Assembly: GCA_031375185.1 (NCBI GenBank) | Contig: JANMHN010000294.1 | Span: 1-49,710 of the forward strand | DNA: 49,710 bases | Direction: 5' to 3' | Source of the DNA: Bosea sp. (in: a-proteobacteria) | GTDB taxonomy: Bacteria; Pseudomonadota; Alphaproteobacteria; Rhizobiales; Beijerinckiaceae | Shown: positions 27,186-36,877 of the stretch, one piece after another | Layout: each line of letters starts with the position of its first letter | How positions within the stretch are numbered: the stretch's first letter is position 1 | Made by a program: the position numbers and the translations under genes | The notes under the pieces: generated by a model | Told to the model about the DNA's origin: nothing | Seen by the model: the letters and a program-made list of their open reading frames with translations, nothing else | The model's database searches: none

Positions 27186-27515
27186 TCAGACCCCTGCACT
27201 GGCACTGATCCACTTGTGCAGGTCGCTCTTGGGCGAAGCGCCAGCCTTCTGGGCGACGAGCTTGCCGCCCTTGAACATCATCAGGGTTGGAATCGAGCGA
27301 ATGCCGAACTTCGCCGAAACCGCCGGGTTCTCGTCGACATTGAGCTTCACGATCTTGACCTTGCCGGCCATCTCCGTGGCGATCTCCTCGAGCGCTGGCG
27401 CGATCATGCGGCAGGGGCCGCACCATTCGGCCCAGAAATCCACCACGACCGGTTCGGCTGCGTTCAGCACATCGGCGTCGAAGCTGGCATCGGTGACCTT
27501 GTTGGCGGCGCTCAT
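27186..27515 (-). CDS. trxA: Thioredoxin
   Basis: [16 protein letters not shown]; follows addA as is typical of alphaproteobacteria. Confidence 0.96.
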   Translation of the reverse strand: MSAANKVTDASFDADVLNAAEPVVVDFWAEWCGPCRMIAPALEEIATEMAGKVKIVKLNVDENPAVSAKFGIRSIPTLMMFKGGKLVAQKAGASPKSDLHKWISASAGV

Positions 27516-27627
27516 GGACTTCTCGCACTTCACTGTTGCTGCCGCGACCATCCGCGGACAATGTTGGCCAGAACCTATGAATGCCGGAGGCATGGGTCAA
27601 GGCCAGGCGCGCCGAACGGGCCACACG

Positions 27628-30600
27628 TCACCGCTCTGTGATGAACGTCTGGACCGGGGCCTGCAGGCCCGATGCGGCCAGGACCATGCCGAATGCAGCC
27701 TCAAGCTGACCCGAACCGATCTCCATCACCGCAGGCCCGGCCGTGTAGATCACCAGCGCACGCACGGCACGTCCAGGATACAAATCCGTGAGCAAGGCGC
27801 GATAGCTCGCCACCTGCGCCAGGGTGGCTGCGCCGATCATGTCGGCATCAGCAGGCGGAAACAGGCTTGTCTTGAAGTCAGCCAGAACCACCTCGTGCGG
27901 TTGCACCACAAGCCGGTCGATCCGGCCCGACACACGGCGCTCTGCACCACCGATGCTGATCGTGCCGCCGATCTCCACCTCTGCCAGAGAGCCTTCGCCG
28001 AACAGAACCGCCAGTTTCACATCCTCCATCACGGCAATGGTCTGGTCGATCATGTCAGCCTGCTGACCGTGCGCCGCAAAGGACGCATGCCGTGCGGCAA
28101 GGCGCTGCGCCACGGCGCGCCGCATGCCGCGCTGCACGCCCGGCAACCATTGCAGCAGGAGATGCACGAAACGGCCGCGCGCAGCCGCGTTGGCATGACC
28201 ACCACCAGATGACCCGGCGCGGGTCTGGATATCAGACGAGCGGTCCGCCTGGTCGGCGGCCTGCAGCAGGCTGGCGGGCGCGAGCGGTGGCAGCGGCACC
28301 TGCTCATGCGGCAAGGCCTCATGCACCCATGGCGGCAAGGCTGGCAGGATCGCTGCAGGATCTGCTGGCTGGATCGCAGCGGCATTCACTGCCGGTGTGG
28401 CCGAAACCGTCTCGGGCGCCGGAGCCTGCGGCGTGACCTTGAACCGACGCAGGCCAAGGCCGCTCACCAGCCCGCTCGCCAGCCCGCTCGCGATCCCGTC
28501 CAGATGCACAAGGCCGGTGGTGGTGCCCATCAGGCCTGTCTCGATCAGGCCATACCATGATGTTGCGAGTGCCTTCTCCCGCGCGGGTTTCACGCCGCAG
28601 ACGATCAGGCGGTTCTCGGCCCGCGTCATCGCCACATACAGCAGGCGATGGTGTTCCTCGATGGCCTTTTCGCGAACAAGGCCGCGCGCGCTGGCCGCAG
28701 CGGCGCTGTCATCGTTGGCGCGAGGCGACCACACCGTCACCGTGTCCCGCCCATTCGTGCCGATCTGGCCTTTTGCAGGGATGTCGATCAGCGGGCTGAT
28801 CTTCTGGCCGCCGGGTTCGGCTCCGATGTCGGCGATGAAGACCGTCCTGGCTTCGAGGCCTTTTGCGCCATGAACCGTCATCACGCGCACTTCGCCGGAG
28901 GCCGTCGCCAGGTCACGCTTCACGTCATCCGAGCTGGCTTCGACCGCCATCAGGAAGCGCAGCAGCGAGGGGCCATCGCGTTGTTCATGTTCCAGCGCAC
29001 GCACGAGAAAGGCGTCGATCGCATCCGCGGCTTCCGCACCTAGCCTGGCCAGCATGGCCTTGCGGCCTCCCATCACCGACAGGACGGTCGAGAAAAATGT
29101 GAAAGGCCCCTGGCTCAGGGCGAGTTGCTCGATGGCCGCCAGCTTGCGGTGCGCCTCCCTGTCGTTGTCGTCTTCCGACGCGGCAAGCGCGGACCTCAAG
29201 GACCCGGTCCGTGCCGGCGCAAGGCGCAGCAGGTCATCGTCATCGAGGCCGAACAAGGGCGACTTGAGCACCACGGCCACCATGAGGTCATCGTCAGGCA
29301 GGAGCGCGGCGCGGGCGAGCGCCACCATGTCCTCGATGGCGATGTGCTCGGACAATCTCATCCTGTCCATGCCCGCGACCGGCACCTCTTCGTCCTTGAG
29401 GGCACGGACGATGGCCGCGAACGCCGCATTGCGCTTCGGCAGCAGGATCAGCACGTCGCCTGCGCTGAAGGGCTGGCCAAGGTCATCGCGTCCCGCCTGG
29501 AGCCAGCCTTTGAGTGTCCTGGCAATGGTGCGGGCCAGCCGCTGCGCCGGGGCTTCCCTGTCGGGCGAATCAAGCGGCCTTAGCCAGACCACCTCCTGAT
29601 CGGCCTGCTCGGGCTCGACCAGATCCCACAGATCCACCGCGCCGCTCTCGTTGCCGCGCACGGTTTCATGCACCGTCGATGTTTCGGATGGATCGGATGA
29701 CAGGCCCTTGAAGGCCACGGGATTGGCAAAGACCGCATCCACAGCCTCGATCACATCACGGGTCGACCGGAACGAGACCGTCAGCCTGACATCGGCGAAC
29801 GGCTCACCCTTGTCGTGGAAGCGGCGGCCCAGATCAAAGCGCTGCTTGCCGAATTCTTCCGGCGCCGCACCCTGGAAGCCGTAGATCGACTGTTTCTCGT
29901 CGCCCACGGCAAAGATGGTGCGCGCCAGCCTGGCATCACGCTGGCCTTCGCCCGACAGGAACTCTGAGGTCAATGTATTGAGGATGGCCCATTGATCGCG
30001 GCTGGTGTCCTGCGCCTCGTCGACCAGAAGGTGATCGAGGCCCGCATCGAGCTTGTAGATCAGCCACGCGGCATCCACGCTTTCGAACAGCTCGCGGGTG
30101 CGCTGGATCAGGTCGCCGTAGTCCAGCACGGCCATGCGCCGCTTGGCGGCGCTGTAATCCGCCAGGATCAGGCGGGCCACGGTGAACAACGCCAGGCTCC
30201 GCTCGAAGGTCATCAAGGCCTTCAGGCGGTCATTGTAGCCCTGAAAAGCCGTGAAAGCCGCTTCAAGGCGCGCCTCAAGGCTCGGGACAGCCTTCAGGAC
30301 AGGTTTTGTGACGAAGCCTTGGCGCGGCTTTGCATCCTTGGTGAGGAACACGCCTTGCCAGAGGTCGAGGCGCAAGCTGTCATCGGCCAGACGGTAGGCC
30401 TGGTGCCATGGTTGCCATTTGCGCTTCTCAGGGTCGGACCCATGCGCCAGCACTGCTGCGGCCAGATCAGCGAAATCGAGGGCTGCGACGATGGCCGCAA
30501 GCCCTTCCCGTTCGATCTGTCCGCGTGTCCATGACGGATCGACCTCAAGGGCCGCAGCCAGATCATCGCTGATCGCCTGCTTTGACCTGACGATGCCGCC

Positions 30601-31248
30601 CTCGTCCGTCAGGAACCGTGCGGACCCAAGGGCCTTGTCGATCAGGCCTCGAAAACGCTGGTCATCGATTGCGCTGGCGACCAGGTCCAGCGACGTCCTC
30701 AGCGCTGCATCCTCATGGCTTGCAAGACCAAGCGTGCGTGCGATGGCTGCCTCGATGGCAGCAGCCTTGTCGGTCTCGCTGATCACCTGAAAGTGCGCAG
30801 GAATGCGCGCTTCGAAAGGCGCCGTCTGCAGGACGCGGGTGCAGAACGCATGGATGGTCTGCAGCTTCAATCCGCCCGGCGTCTCCAGCGCCTCGGCAAA
30901 CAGGCGCCGTGCCCGTGTGCGCTCGGCGGTTGACGGTGCCTGCCCCAGCACCTCAACCAGTTTCTCGTCCAGCGTGGCATCATCCAGCGGGACCCAGGAG
31001 GCCAGAATGTCGAACAGCCGATTGGCCATGTTGGCAGCGGCGGCAGTGGTGTAGGTCAGGCACAGGATGCGGGCCGGATCGATGCCGGCCAGCATCAGAC
31101 GCAGCACACGCCTGACCAGCACGGTCGTCTTGCCCGAACCGGCATTGGCCGACACCCAGGCGCTCGCAGCCGGTCGTGACGCATCCGCCTGCAACTGCAA
31201 GGTCCGGGCAGGGGCGGCAGGCTTGCTGGCGCTGGACGGCTTGCTCAT
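27628..31248 (-). CDS. addA: Double-strand break repair helicase-nuclease AddA
   Basis: SANAGSGKT, TIHAFC, LVDEAQDT, VGDEKQSIY, MTVHGAKGLE, LYVAMTRA, nuclease GRIDRL..DFKT. Confidence 0.95.
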   Translation of the reverse strand: MSKPSSASKPAAPARTLQLQADASRPAASAWVSANAGSGKTTVLVRRVLRLMLAGIDPARILCLTYTTAAAANMANRLFDILASWVPLDDATLDEKLVEVLGQAPSTAERTRARRLFAEALETPGGLKLQTIHAFCTRVLQTAPFEARIPAHFQVISETDKAAAIEAAIARTLGLASHEDAALRTSLDLVASAIDDQRFRGLIDKALGSARFLTDEGGIVRSKQAISDDLAAALEVDPSWTRGQIEREGLAAIVAALDFADLAAAVLAHGSDPEKRKWQPWHQAYRLADDSLRLDLWQGVFLTKDAKPRQGFVTKPVLKAVPSLEARLEAAFTAFQGYNDRLKALMTFERSLALFTVARLILADYSAAKRRMAVLDYGDLIQRTRELFESVDAAWLIYKLDAGLDHLLVDEAQDTSRDQWAILNTLTSEFLSGEGQRDARLARTIFAVGDEKQSIYGFQGAAPEEFGKQRFDLGRRFHDKGEPFADVRLTVSFRSTRDVIEAVDAVFANPVAFKGLSSDPSETSTVHETVRGNESGAVDLWDLVEPEQADQEVVWLRPLDSPDREAPAQRLARTIARTLKGWLQAGRDDLGQPFSAGDVLILLPKRNAAFAAIVRALKDEEVPVAGMDRMRLSEHIAIEDMVALARAALLPDDDLMVAVVLKSPLFGLDDDDLLRLAPARTGSLRSALAASEDDNDREAHRKLAAIEQLALSQGPFTFFSTVLSVMGGRKAMLARLGAEAADAIDAFLVRALEHEQRDGPSLLRFLMAVEASSDDVKRDLATASGEVRVMTVHGAKGLEARTVFIADIGAEPGGQKISPLIDIPAKGQIGTNGRDTVTVWSPRANDDSAAAASARGLVREKAIEEHHRLLYVAMTRAENRLIVCGVKPAREKALATSWYGLIETGLMGTTTGLVHLDGIASGLASGLVSGLGLRRFKVTPQAPAPETVSATPAVNAAAIQPADPAAILPALPPWVHEALPHEQVPLPPLAPASLLQAADQADRSSDIQTRAGSSGGGHANAAARGRFVHLLLQWLPGVQRGMRRAVAQRLAARHASFAAHGQQADMIDQTIAVMEDVKLAVLFGEGSLAEVEIGGTISIGGAERRVSGRIDRLVVQPHEVVLADFKTSLFPPADADMIGAATLAQVASYRALLTDLYPGRAVRALVIYTAGPAVMEIGSGQLEAAFGMVLAASGLQAPVQTFITER

Positions 31249-31258
31249 GATGACTGGC

Positions 31259-34200
31259 TCACGGGCTGTCCTCATCGGCGCCATCGCCAGACGATGACCA
31301 TTCCTTGACGCGCGCCAGATGGTCATAATCGCCGGCGAAGCGCATGAACTGCGGCGCAAACCGCGACACGAAGGCGCGCTCGCCGCTGCGAAAACCGGCC
31401 ACCATGGACGTGAAACCGTCAAGGCATGCGGCGGACAGACGTTCAAGGTCTGCAGGCTCGGCAACGTCGCTCGTCTTCAAGGCCTCCGCGTCGGCTTTCA
31501 GCGCGACATGGCATGCGCTGCTGATGGCGGCAGGACCGAAGCTGACGATCTTGCTGGCCCCGTTCTTGGCTCCATTCTTGGCAACGAACGGCGCGGCCGA
31601 ACCCATCGCCGCCTCCAGCAGGAGCTGCGGCGCAAGCCCGGTCTTGATCTGGGGCCCGGATGGCGGCGAACCTGTCTTGAAATCGAGGATGGCGAGCGTG
31701 CCGTCGAGGCGTTCCTCGATCCGGTCAGCGCGGGCGCTCAGGCTGACCTCCGCACCATCGGGCAGGCGCAGCGGCAACCTGATGCGCATCTCCGTGCCGA
31801 TGCGGCGGATGGCTCCGCGCCTTGCCTGCTCCCATGCCACGATGGCTGGGATCAGCTCGACGAACCGCGGCCACCAGAAGCCCTGGACATCCGGCTCCTC
31901 GATGACATCCGCGAACACCGCCTCGCCGATGGTCCTCAAGGCGCGTGCGCAGTCGTCCGGCAAGGCCGCTGGCCACAGCCGCGCAAACCTGTCCATGACA
32001 TCGTGCAGCAATGTGCCCCGGTCGGCAGCCCCCAGCACAACCTGCAAGGGTTCGAGCGGCTGCAGGTCGAGGATGCGTCTGGCAAAGACCGCATAAGGAT
32101 CCCTCATCAACGTTTCAGCTTCGGTGACGCTGAAGGTCGATGGCTGGAGGGATGCGTCAGGCTTCGGGCGCGGGCGTCTGACAATGACCTCTTCGGCCGG
32201 GCGGTCAAGCGCGCGGGCCAGCGCGACATAGCTTTCGCCCTGGCGCAGCGCATCCTGCCAAGCGGCCTGAGGCGCAACCGCTTTGAGCCGTTGCCAGAAC
32301 CGCGATGGCAAGGTCTGGATGCCTGCCAGCTTCACCGACCTGCTCAGGATGACCTCAGCAGCACAAAATCCCTGGATGAAGTCATGCGCGCTCTGCCCGA
32401 TGCGCCGTTCAGGGGACGAAAGGCCGATCTCCGCCCGCATCGCGCGGTTCAGGAACGGATCGGTCGTGGTCTGCGGCGGCCAGACGGCCTCGTTCAAGCC
32501 CCCCAGGATCATCAGATCAGCAGGCATCAGACGCGCTTCGAGCAGGCCCAGCAGCATGACGCGGGGATGTTCGCGACGCCTCATGCGCACCACCCGGTCA
32601 GCCATGGCTGTCCGGCAGATCTGGGCGAGATCGTCGGCTGTGCCCTCCGTGCCCAGACAGGCAGCTTCCAGATCGCCGAGAAGGGCCTGCAGCGCTTCTC
32701 CGTCGCTGCCCAGAAAGAGGCCGGATGTCCCGTCCAGGCCGCATGTCAGCCTCTCAAGGGCCAGACGAAGGCAGGACACGGCCTTGCCAAGGTCAAAGCG
32801 GCCTTCCATCGGCAGTGACAGCGGCGAAAGGGCATCGGCCAGACGCCCGACGAGATCTCCGGCAGCCTGGGTTGCGGCCACATCGAGACGCTGTCGGCAG
32901 CGTGGAGCGTGACGGTCGGCTATCCGCTCCGGCATGGCGGCAGTTGCCGCTTTCAGTCCCGCCATCCCGGGTTCGGTCCGCACGCCCCTCAAGGCACCGA
33001 TGTCGAGCGCCTGACGGGCATGGGCCAGCGCGACCTGATCGAGACCAAGGCGGATGGCTGGCTGATGGAGAAGCTCAAGCACCGTTTCAGGACTTGCCTC
33101 CCTCACCACCACCTCAAGCAGGGCCGACAGCGCATGACCGGCCTGTGTCCGGTGAAGCGGCTGGCCAGCGGAATCGTCCATGATGATGCCCCAGCGCCCC
33201 AATTCAAGCGCCACGCGTTCGGCAAGACCCCTGTCCGGTGTCACCAGCGCGACCGTCCGGCCAGGGTCATGCAACGCATGCTTGATCGCTAGTGCGACAG
33301 CCAGCCCTTCGAGCCGCTCATCGGGCGCTTCGAGAATCCGGACGCCTGCCATCGCCCGTTCGGTCGCGGCCACAGGAACCCGCTGCGGCAAGGTCTGCCA
33401 CGCTTCGCTGGTGTCTGCCGCCCTCAGCGCTTCATGCGCGAGCCTGCGCCGCGCGGCCTGCACGGCTGTGCGGAACGTGTCTGTTCCGGCCTCCAGCGGA
33501 CGCACATCGGCGCGGGCCGCCATCATCACCTGCATCAGCTTCAGCAACTGGGCCTGCGGGTGCGAGGCCAGCCTGTCAGGAGCGTGCATCGCCGATGCCG
33601 ACAGGGCGCTCCAGTCGGCATCGCTCATCTCCAGATCGAGATCAGGCAGCACCACGGCGCCGCGTCCGAGCCGGCTGACGGTCGCAATCAACCTTGCTGT
33701 CGCGGGCATCGAGCCTGTCGAACCCGCCACCAGCACAGGTCCGCCAGCGACGCCCGCCTGCAGCACGGACGCCTGCGTGTCGAGCAACCGGTTGCGCCAG
33801 GTGACAGGATCGACCTCACCGCGTTCCGCCAGAATGGCAGGCCAGTGCTCGCCAAGGATGGCCAGAAACCGGGCCGTGAGTTGCCACAGTTCGTCGAAGC
33901 GGGCGGCATCCAGCGTCATGAGGCGGCTGTATGGCACATCCTCGGCCTGCATCGCGTCGAGGATGGCCGCGAGATCGCCGGCAAGATGGAAGGCGCTGCC
34001 AAGCGTGGACGCGGCGAGCGAGCCGGCCCTCGCTCCTTGCCCCACACCTTGCCCTGCAAGGTCCATGTCCCGCGCATGGCTCGCGCGCTCGATCTGCCGG
34101 GCCAAGAGCAACTGACGCGACAGGGCATTGATCGGCAGGGCATCAGCCGGCAGCGCAGGCATGTCCGGCATCAGGCTTGTCATGTCCAGCATTTCGGCTT

Positions 34201-34492
34201 CGCCCGGATCTCCCAGCGGCACCAGCCGCGGCAGGATCAGGGCCTTTGATCCGCTCAGGCGGAGCAGCGCCGCCGCCAGCCCGCGGGCAGCCCGCCGGGT
34301 CGGCAGATAGACCGTGAGCGTGGCGAGCGCTTCGGGCTGCGACGCATCAAGCCCCAGGCCCAGCCGATCACGCAGGATGGCCCCGGCCAGCGTTTCGAGA
34401 AAAGGCACGCCTGCAGGGATCGACAGGATATTCGGGCGCGCACGGGCACCCGCATGAGCCGTGCCGCCTGCTTGATCGCCCCTGTCCATCAT
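31259..34492 (-). CDS. addB: Double-strand break repair protein AddB
   Basis: YLPTRRA, AGSTGS.PATA, GLLEARL, RADRI...DFKTG, YDHLARVKEW. Confidence 0.94.
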   Translation of the reverse strand: MMDRGDQAGGTAHAGARARPNILSIPAGVPFLETLAGAILRDRLGLGLDASQPEALATLTVYLPTRRAARGLAAALLRLSGSKALILPRLVPLGDPGEAEMLDMTSLMPDMPALPADALPINALSRQLLLARQIERASHARDMDLAGQGVGQGARAGSLAASTLGSAFHLAGDLAAILDAMQAEDVPYSRLMTLDAARFDELWQLTARFLAILGEHWPAILAERGEVDPVTWRNRLLDTQASVLQAGVAGGPVLVAGSTGSMPATARLIATVSRLGRGAVVLPDLDLEMSDADWSALSASAMHAPDRLASHPQAQLLKLMQVMMAARADVRPLEAGTDTFRTAVQAARRRLAHEALRAADTSEAWQTLPQRVPVAATERAMAGVRILEAPDERLEGLAVALAIKHALHDPGRTVALVTPDRGLAERVALELGRWGIIMDDSAGQPLHRTQAGHALSALLEVVVREASPETVLELLHQPAIRLGLDQVALAHARQALDIGALRGVRTEPGMAGLKAATAAMPERIADRHAPRCRQRLDVAATQAAGDLVGRLADALSPLSLPMEGRFDLGKAVSCLRLALERLTCGLDGTSGLFLGSDGEALQALLGDLEAACLGTEGTADDLAQICRTAMADRVVRMRRREHPRVMLLGLLEARLMPADLMILGGLNEAVWPPQTTTDPFLNRAMRAEIGLSSPERRIGQSAHDFIQGFCAAEVILSRSVKLAGIQTLPSRFWQRLKAVAPQAAWQDALRQGESYVALARALDRPAEEVIVRRPRPKPDASLQPSTFSVTEAETLMRDPYAVFARRILDLQPLEPLQVVLGAADRGTLLHDVMDRFARLWPAALPDDCARALRTIGEAVFADVIEEPDVQGFWWPRFVELIPAIVAWEQARRGAIRRIGTEMRIRLPLRLPDGAEVSLSARADRIEERLDGTLAILDFKTGSPPSGPQIKTGLAPQLLLEAAMGSAAPFVAKNGAKNGASKIVSFGPAAISSACHVALKADAEALKTSDVAEPADLERLSAACLDGFTSMVAGFRSGERAFVSRFAPQFMRFAGDYDHLARVKEWSSSGDGADEDSP

Positions 34493-34495
34493 CCA

Positions 34496-35227
34496 TCAGG
34501 CCGGTTGTCTGGCGGCAAAGCGGGCCTCGGCCTGCCCGATCGCGTCAGGAGTGCCGACATGGAGCCACTCGCCGTTCATGACATGGCCAAACAGCCTGCC
34601 CTGCGCAATCAACCTGTCGAACAACAGGTTCAGCGACCAGCGGCCCTTCGGGGCATCCGCCAGCAATCCGGGCTTCAGGATGGCGACGCCCGCGTAGATG
34701 TGCGGCACGGTTTCACCGGGCCTGCGGCGCATCAGCGAGCCATCGGCTGCAAGATGGAAGTCACCTTCACCGTCATATCCCATGCTGCGGCTGGTTTGTG
34801 CCAGCATCAACAACATGTCCATGTGCGCGGGCTGCCATGCCTGGGCGAGGGACAAGAGATTCGAGTGGCCGTGCTCGGTCCACAGCGAGTCCGAATTGAG
34901 ATGGAAGAAAGGCTGGCTGCCCAGCAGTGGCAGCGCCTTGGTCACGCCGCCACCCGTTTCGAGCAGCTCCGTCCTTTCATCCGAAATGACGATGCGCGGG
35001 CTGTGCCGACCCGCCACATGGCTTTCGATCAGGCCGGCCAGATGATGAACATTGACCACCGCATCCGTCACCCCGATCTCCGCCAGACGGTCCAAGGCAT
35101 GGTCAAGCATGCTCTTGCCACCGATCACCACCAGCGGCTTGGGGAGCGTGTCCGTGATCGGGCGCATGCGCTGGCCGAGGCCTGCCGCGAGCACCATGGC
35201 ATGTGTGGGCACGAAACCTGTCGTCAT
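34496..35227 (-). CDS. Nucleotidyltransferase (MurU-like)
   Basis: LAAGLGQRMRP.T...PKPL, LLETGGG, WLHVGTP. Confidence 0.88.
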   Translation of the reverse strand: MTTGFVPTHAMVLAAGLGQRMRPITDTLPKPLVVIGGKSMLDHALDRLAEIGVTDAVVNVHHLAGLIESHVAGRHSPRIVISDERTELLETGGGVTKALPLLGSQPFFHLNSDSLWTEHGHSNLLSLAQAWQPAHMDMLLMLAQTSRSMGYDGEGDFHLAADGSLMRRRPGETVPHIYAGVAILKPGLLADAPKGRWSLNLLFDRLIAQGRLFGHVMNGEWLHVGTPDAIGQAEARFAARQPA

Positions 35228-35309
35228 GACTTTTGTCTCTTGCCTGTAAAGGAATCAGGACCGCTGCGCGATTCTAGACCGAACGCATCATCTGGCCAGC
35301 CGAAAAGGA

Positions 35310-36854
35310 TCAGGCCGTCGCGAACAGGCGCGGCAGATGCGTCTGGAACCAGGTTTTCAGCCCGGCCAGCTCGGGATGCTCGAGATCCCGGCGCAGATAG
35401 GCTTCGATGCGCGGCAGGTGTTTCAGGTAGGCCGGCTTGCCGTCGCGCTTGTCGAGGCGGGCGAAAATGCCAAGGATCTTGGTGTTTCGCTGCGCCCCCA
35501 TGATGGCATAGGCGGCGGCGAAAGCTGCCAGATCGAAGGCAGGATCGGCAGAGCGGCGGCCCGCCGCATAGCGGGCCATCAGCCTGAGCTCCAGCGACGG
35601 GTCGATATCGACCCGGGCATCCTGCCCGGTGGAGACCACATCATAGGCCGGATGACCGATCACGGCATCCTGAAAGTCGATCAGGCCGATCCGCGCCGTG
35701 CCGCTGCGCTCAGGCAACCAGATCAGGTTTGGCGAATGGTAGTCGCGCAGAACCCAGGTCCGGGGGCCATTGACCAGGACATCGAACAACGGTGCCCAGA
35801 GCCGTGCAAAGTCCGCACGGGCCACTTGCGGCAGGGTGACACCCGCAATGTGAGGGACATACCAGTCGAGCAGCAGGTCGGTCTCGATTGTCATGGCGTC
35901 CAGATCATAGTCCGGCACGAGATGGTCGCGCCCCTCCGCAACCGGCAGGATGGTCGGCAAGGTCTGCGCATGGATGGCCGCCAGCACATCGATGGCGGCC
36001 TCATAGCGCTCCGGCACGGGGTGGCCATCGACAAGGACCGTTTCATGGCCCAGATCCTCGATCAGCAGCAATCCATTGACCAGATCACTGGCGATGATGG
36101 CGGGCGCGCTCAGACCGAGCGCCCTCAAGCCCTTGTCCATGGCCACGAAGGCATCGATCCGCTCGGCCAGCCTGGCAATGGCGCTGTAGGGCTTGCCGCC
36201 CCGCACGGGCGGTCCATCGGTGCGGGGTGGGGAAATCATCAGGATGGCGGTTTCACCACCCGGACGCACCAGCCGCTCATAGGCGCGCGTCGAGGCATCA
36301 CCCAGCATGTGAACCCGCTGCGCATCCCCCCAGCCGGCGCTGTCGATCAGCTTGCGCGCGCCCAGCGTGAGACCAAGCCGCTCGGCCCAGTTCGCGCCCG
36401 GAATCAGCGTGATCTGGCGATCCTCATCGCTGCCAGCCGCATCAAGCTCGAAAAAGATGTCGAGCCTGCCGGCAGGATCGAGAAACTCGCCGCCACGGTC
36501 AGGCCATTCGATCAGGCCTATGGCGTCCTGCAATGCTTCGACCAGTCCCAGTTCGACAAGCTCAGCGCCGCCGCGCAATCGGTACAGATCGGCATGGACG
36601 ATCCGTCCGCGCGGCGTCTCGTAATCCTGCATCAACGTGAAGGTCGGGCTTGGTGCCTCAAGCGACGGATCATCGGCAAGGCGGCGGATCAGGGCCCTGG
36701 CGAAGGTGCTCTTGCCCGCGCCCAGATCACCCGACAATGCGATGGTGTCACCGGGCCTGACAATGCCGGCGATGTCATCTGCCAGGCGCAATGTTTCGCG
36801 TTCAGACGTGAAAAGCTGGTTCCATGAGCGTTTGAGGGCGGCATCATCCCGCAT
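35310..36854 (-). CDS. tsaE: TsaE ATPase fused to an AmgK-like phosphotransferase
   Basis: GDLGAGKS, SPTFTL, HADLYRL, then GDASTRAYER, RDYHSPNL, IDFQDA. Confidence 0.9.
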   Translation of the reverse strand: MRDDAALKRSWNQLFTSERETLRLADDIAGIVRPGDTIALSGDLGAGKSTFARALIRRLADDPSLEAPSPTFTLMQDYETPRGRIVHADLYRLRGGAELVELGLVEALQDAIGLIEWPDRGGEFLDPAGRLDIFFELDAAGSDEDRQITLIPGANWAERLGLTLGARKLIDSAGWGDAQRVHMLGDASTRAYERLVRPGGETAILMISPPRTDGPPVRGGKPYSAIARLAERIDAFVAMDKGLRALGLSAPAIIASDLVNGLLLIEDLGHETVLVDGHPVPERYEAAIDVLAAIHAQTLPTILPVAEGRDHLVPDYDLDAMTIETDLLLDWYVPHIAGVTLPQVARADFARLWAPLFDVLVNGPRTWVLRDYHSPNLIWLPERSGTARIGLIDFQDAVIGHPAYDVVSTGQDARVDIDPSLELRLMARYAAGRRSADPAFDLAAFAAAYAIMGAQRNTKILGIFARLDKRDGKPAYLKHLPRIEAYLRRDLEHPELAGLKTWFQTHLPRLFATA

Positions 36855-36877
36855 GATGCTGATCCGTCATCGGGCCA

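Noticed and set aside
34496-36854. TsaE-phosphotransferase fusion as a novelty
   Set aside because: This fusion beside a MurU-like gene and addAB is a common Rhizobiales arrangement
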